A DNA stretch of 64,000 nt from Candidatus Latescibacterota bacterium (lineage in GTDB: Bacteria > Latescibacterota > UBA2968 > GCA-2709665), in assembly GCA_965226795.1 (NCBI GenBank), contig CBDDDZ010000005.1, positions 1,184,001-1,248,000 of the forward strand, given 5' to 3'. The notes under the pieces were generated by a model that saw only the letters and a program-made list of their open reading frames with translations, did no database searches and was not told where the DNA came from. This document shows positions 61,471 to 64,000 of the stretch, in pieces. The translations under genes were made by a program, and so were the position numbers. Each line of letters opens with the position of its first letter. Positions within the stretch are counted from its first letter, which is position 1.

Positions 61471-62908
61471 TCACGTTAGCCTGCGGAAGAGCGGTTGACT
61501 CTTCCTGATCCCGGATTTGGAGAAACTGGTTTCGATTCTATCAGCGGTACATGGAAGAAAGGGTCTCAGGACCCATGAAATGGCGCGAACCGACCCGACC
61601 CAGGCCGAGAGGTGTTGCCGGAGCTTCTCGGCTTTCCCCTTTTTCAGAAGTTCCCAGGGACGCACTGCGTCGATTTCGCGGTTCATTCCGCCGACCTCCC
61701 GCCAGATGGTCCTGAGGGCCCCGGCGAAGTCGAAATTGTCCATTGCGTTCTTCACGTCCCGTGGAACGTGGGTGTCAGGCGTTTCTGCCCTACCGTAACC
61801 GCACCCTTCGCAGAGGGCTTCGAGCCGGCGCACCAGGTTGCCCAGGCCGTTCGGCAGGTCCGTGTTGTAGACTTCCCGGAGCCGGGCTTCGGATACATCG
61901 CCGTCCCCTCCGGTGCGGACGGCGCGGAGCAGGTAGTACCGGAGGGCGTCAGCGCCGTATCGCTGGATCAGCGGGAATGGATCGACGGTGTTGTCCAGCG
62001 ACTTGCTGATCTTGCGGCCTTCCACGGTCAGATGACCGTGGACGAAGATGGCCCGGGGCAGCGGCAGGCCGGCAGAGAGCAGCAGGGCGGGCCAGTAAAC
62101 CGCGTGGAATTTGAGGACATCTTTGCCGATTACGTGGACCCGGTTGGGGCAGTTGCGCCAGTACCGTTCGAAATTCTCGTCCTTCGAGCCGTAGCCCAGG
62201 CCTGTGAGGTAGTTGGTCAGGGCGTCGAACCAGACGTACACGACCTGCGCGGGATCTCCCGGCACTGGCACGCCCCAGCCCCCCGAACGATCCCGATTGC
62301 GGGAAATGCTGAAATCCTGCAGGCCCTGCCGGATGAATCCGAGCGCCTCGTTTCGCCGTGTTTCCGGGAGAATGCGGAGCTTTCCGGACGCGATCAGGGC
62401 CTCCAGCGGCTTCTGATAGGCGGAAAGACGGAAGAAATAGTTGGTTTCCTCAACGGTCTCGGGTTCGACGCCATGTACAGGGCACCGTCCGTCCGCCAGG
62501 AGCCCTTTCCCGATAGAAGTCCTCGCAGCCCACGCAATACAGACCGCGGTACTGTCTGAGGAAAATATCCTCCTGCCGGCAGGCCGTCCAGAATCTGGTG
62601 GCGCCGCGGAAGTGGGCGTCGGAGGAGGAGCGGATGAAGCAGTCGGAAGAAACGCCGAGGGCCTCGACGAGGTTAAGGAAGACCGCGGCATTCCGATCGC
62701 AGAGCTGGCGGGGGGCGACGCCCTCCTTTGCCGCTGCCTGCACGTTCTTGAACGCGTTCTCGTCGGTTCCGGTCAGGAAAAAGGTGTCATCGCCCAGGAG
62801 CCGGCGCCACCGGGCAATCGCGTCGGCCTTTACGAGTTCCAGCGCGAAGCCCACGTGGGGGCGGGCGTTGACGTAAGGGATGGAGGTCGATACATAGGAG
62901 GTGTTCAT
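61471..62908 (-). CDS. metG: Methionine-tRNA ligase, short form; one frameshift at ~62505
   Basis: IPYVNARPHVGF, TGTDE, CVGC...CPVH, YVWFDAL, GKDV..FH, KISKS. Confidence 0.88.
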
Positions 62909-63254
62909 GGCAAGTCCTTTCCAATTGCGGTTTCAATTTGGAAGAAGCGATGCGATTCCACACAGGCGAGGACAGGCGCATGTAAGAGATACCGCCGGTG
63001 CTTTGAGATATGCGGTTTACCACTTGGTTTTCCCTCTTTGATTGGCGAGTGTCCGGCCGCACGAGATGGGAATGATACCCCCGTCGTAATAGAGTTTGCG
63101 CATACGATTTTCGGTTGGAGTTTCGCATTTATTTCGCGGAGCACTTTATAGTTGAGGTTAAACTCCTCTGTAGGGCCGGCAGAAAATGTCAGCGAATCAC
63201 CGGCCCTGGAAACAGGAATCATCCGATCGTGTAGCGGTCGGTTCCCGGATAAGA

Positions 63255-63290
63255 AACAACCCACCGCCGATCCGTCGGCGGTGGGTTGTT
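63255..63290. repeat. Perfect 16-bp inverted repeat (REP / IS200-605-end-like hairpin)
   Basis: AACAACCCACCGCCGA-tccg-TCGGCGGTGGGTTGTT. Confidence 0.65.
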
Positions 63291-63368
63291 CGATTCCGGT
63301 ACAAGTGTGATTCAGTTCAAGTCAGGGGATGGTCCGCCGCCGGAAACCTGGTAGAAAAGGAGGCCATC

Positions 63369-63602
63369 ATGTACATAGATATATCGTCGACACGTGTCGG
63401 CGGCGTGCCTTTGAAAGTGGGAAAAGCTGGCGTGTTCAAACGCGTTGCGCAATTTAAATCCAAATCCGGCGTCATGGCAGGCTCCTGTCCTTGTGTGCGC
63501 GGAAATATAGGGCGTTGGCCGGCAATTGTCAAGTCTACCGGAGCGTATTTCGGTTTTTCGGCTGAGGCCGAGTGCGCACAGGCAAACTCTCAATGTCCGT
63601 GA
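63369..63602 (+). CDS. Possible small hypothetical protein (77 aa)
   Basis: AAGGAGG RBS before ATG; no recognised motif. Confidence 0.3.
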   Translation: MYIDISSTRVGGVPLKVGKAGVFKRVAQFKSKSGVMAGSCPCVRGNIGRWPAIVKSTGAYFGFSAEAECAQANSQCP

Positions 63603-63807
63603 ACAGCGTAGATTTCGGGGAAACCCGTGGCCCCTCCCGATTAGGGTTGCGACCATCGCGAGATTGACATCTTCCCCTTGTCCTTTTGGCGGGATGGGCT
63701 TACATTGTCGCAGATAGGCAATTGGCGGTTGCCTTGGCGGTTGCCTGTTTCGAGCCCGCAAAGCTCAAATCTACTCTCGCAGACTTTACAAGAATAAGGA
63801 TTCGGCG

Positions 63808-64000
63808 GTGCTTTACTGGGTGGGAGAGCAGTTCGCGGATATTTACGGGCCCCTTCGGCTGTTAACGTCCTATCTGTTTCTGGCCGTTCTCGGCACGGCG
63901 CTGGCAGGACTGTTTACCTGGCTGCTGCTTCCCAGATTGTGGATGCGGTTGCCCAAAGACCGGGGCCGCGCGTATGCCGTCGAAAACGAGCAGAGCCACG
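63808..64000 (+). CDS. mraY: MraY-like phospho-MurNAc-pentapeptide transferase, 3'-partial
   Basis: Not in the ORF track; GTG start, MLYWVGEQFADIYGPLRLLTSYLFL...LPKDRGR, open to the window end. Confidence 0.65.
   Translation, partial: MLYWVGEQFADIYGPLRLLTSYLFLAVLGTALAGLFTWLLLPRLWMRLPKDRGRAYAVENEQSH

Noticed and set aside
62909..63150. T-box, SAM riboswitch or Met-rich leader peptide upstream of metG
   Set aside because: No consensus motifs seen; the short upstream ORFs are not Met-rich.

Overview
Gene-dense, GC-rich bacterial window. The content (several phytanoyl-CoA dioxygenases and Gfo/Idh/MocA oxidoreductases, a sulfatase, a heparinase-like lyase, exported TldD/E) resembles FCB-group lineages such as Latescibacterota; this is inference only. 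Housekeeping genes include dapL, guaA, glnA, hrcA-grpE-dnaJ, a short metG and the start of an mraY-like gene. The standout feature is a visibly lower-GC island (~3000-8900) with a co-directional three-gene operon: a Druantia DruA (DUF4338)-like protein, a Ser/Thr-kinase::ORC/CDC6-like P-loop ATPase fusion, and a protein built from two tandem CARF-like Rossmann repeats. No druB-E is present, so this is a candidate undescribed anti-phage system. The window also holds two families of ~160-215 bp MITE-like elements that tend to sit on stop codons, GTAG-type REP palindromes beside a decayed RAYT-like transposase, a ~170-nt rod-shaped candidate ncRNA, a MaoC/CitE/CoA-transferase (itaconate-type) operon, a PemK/MazF TA pair, gene scraps (nadB, SBP56) and eight frameshifts in five genes that look like long-read indel errors. 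No CRISPR array, tRNA or rRNA was recognised. All calls come from motif recognition by eye; no database searches were run.
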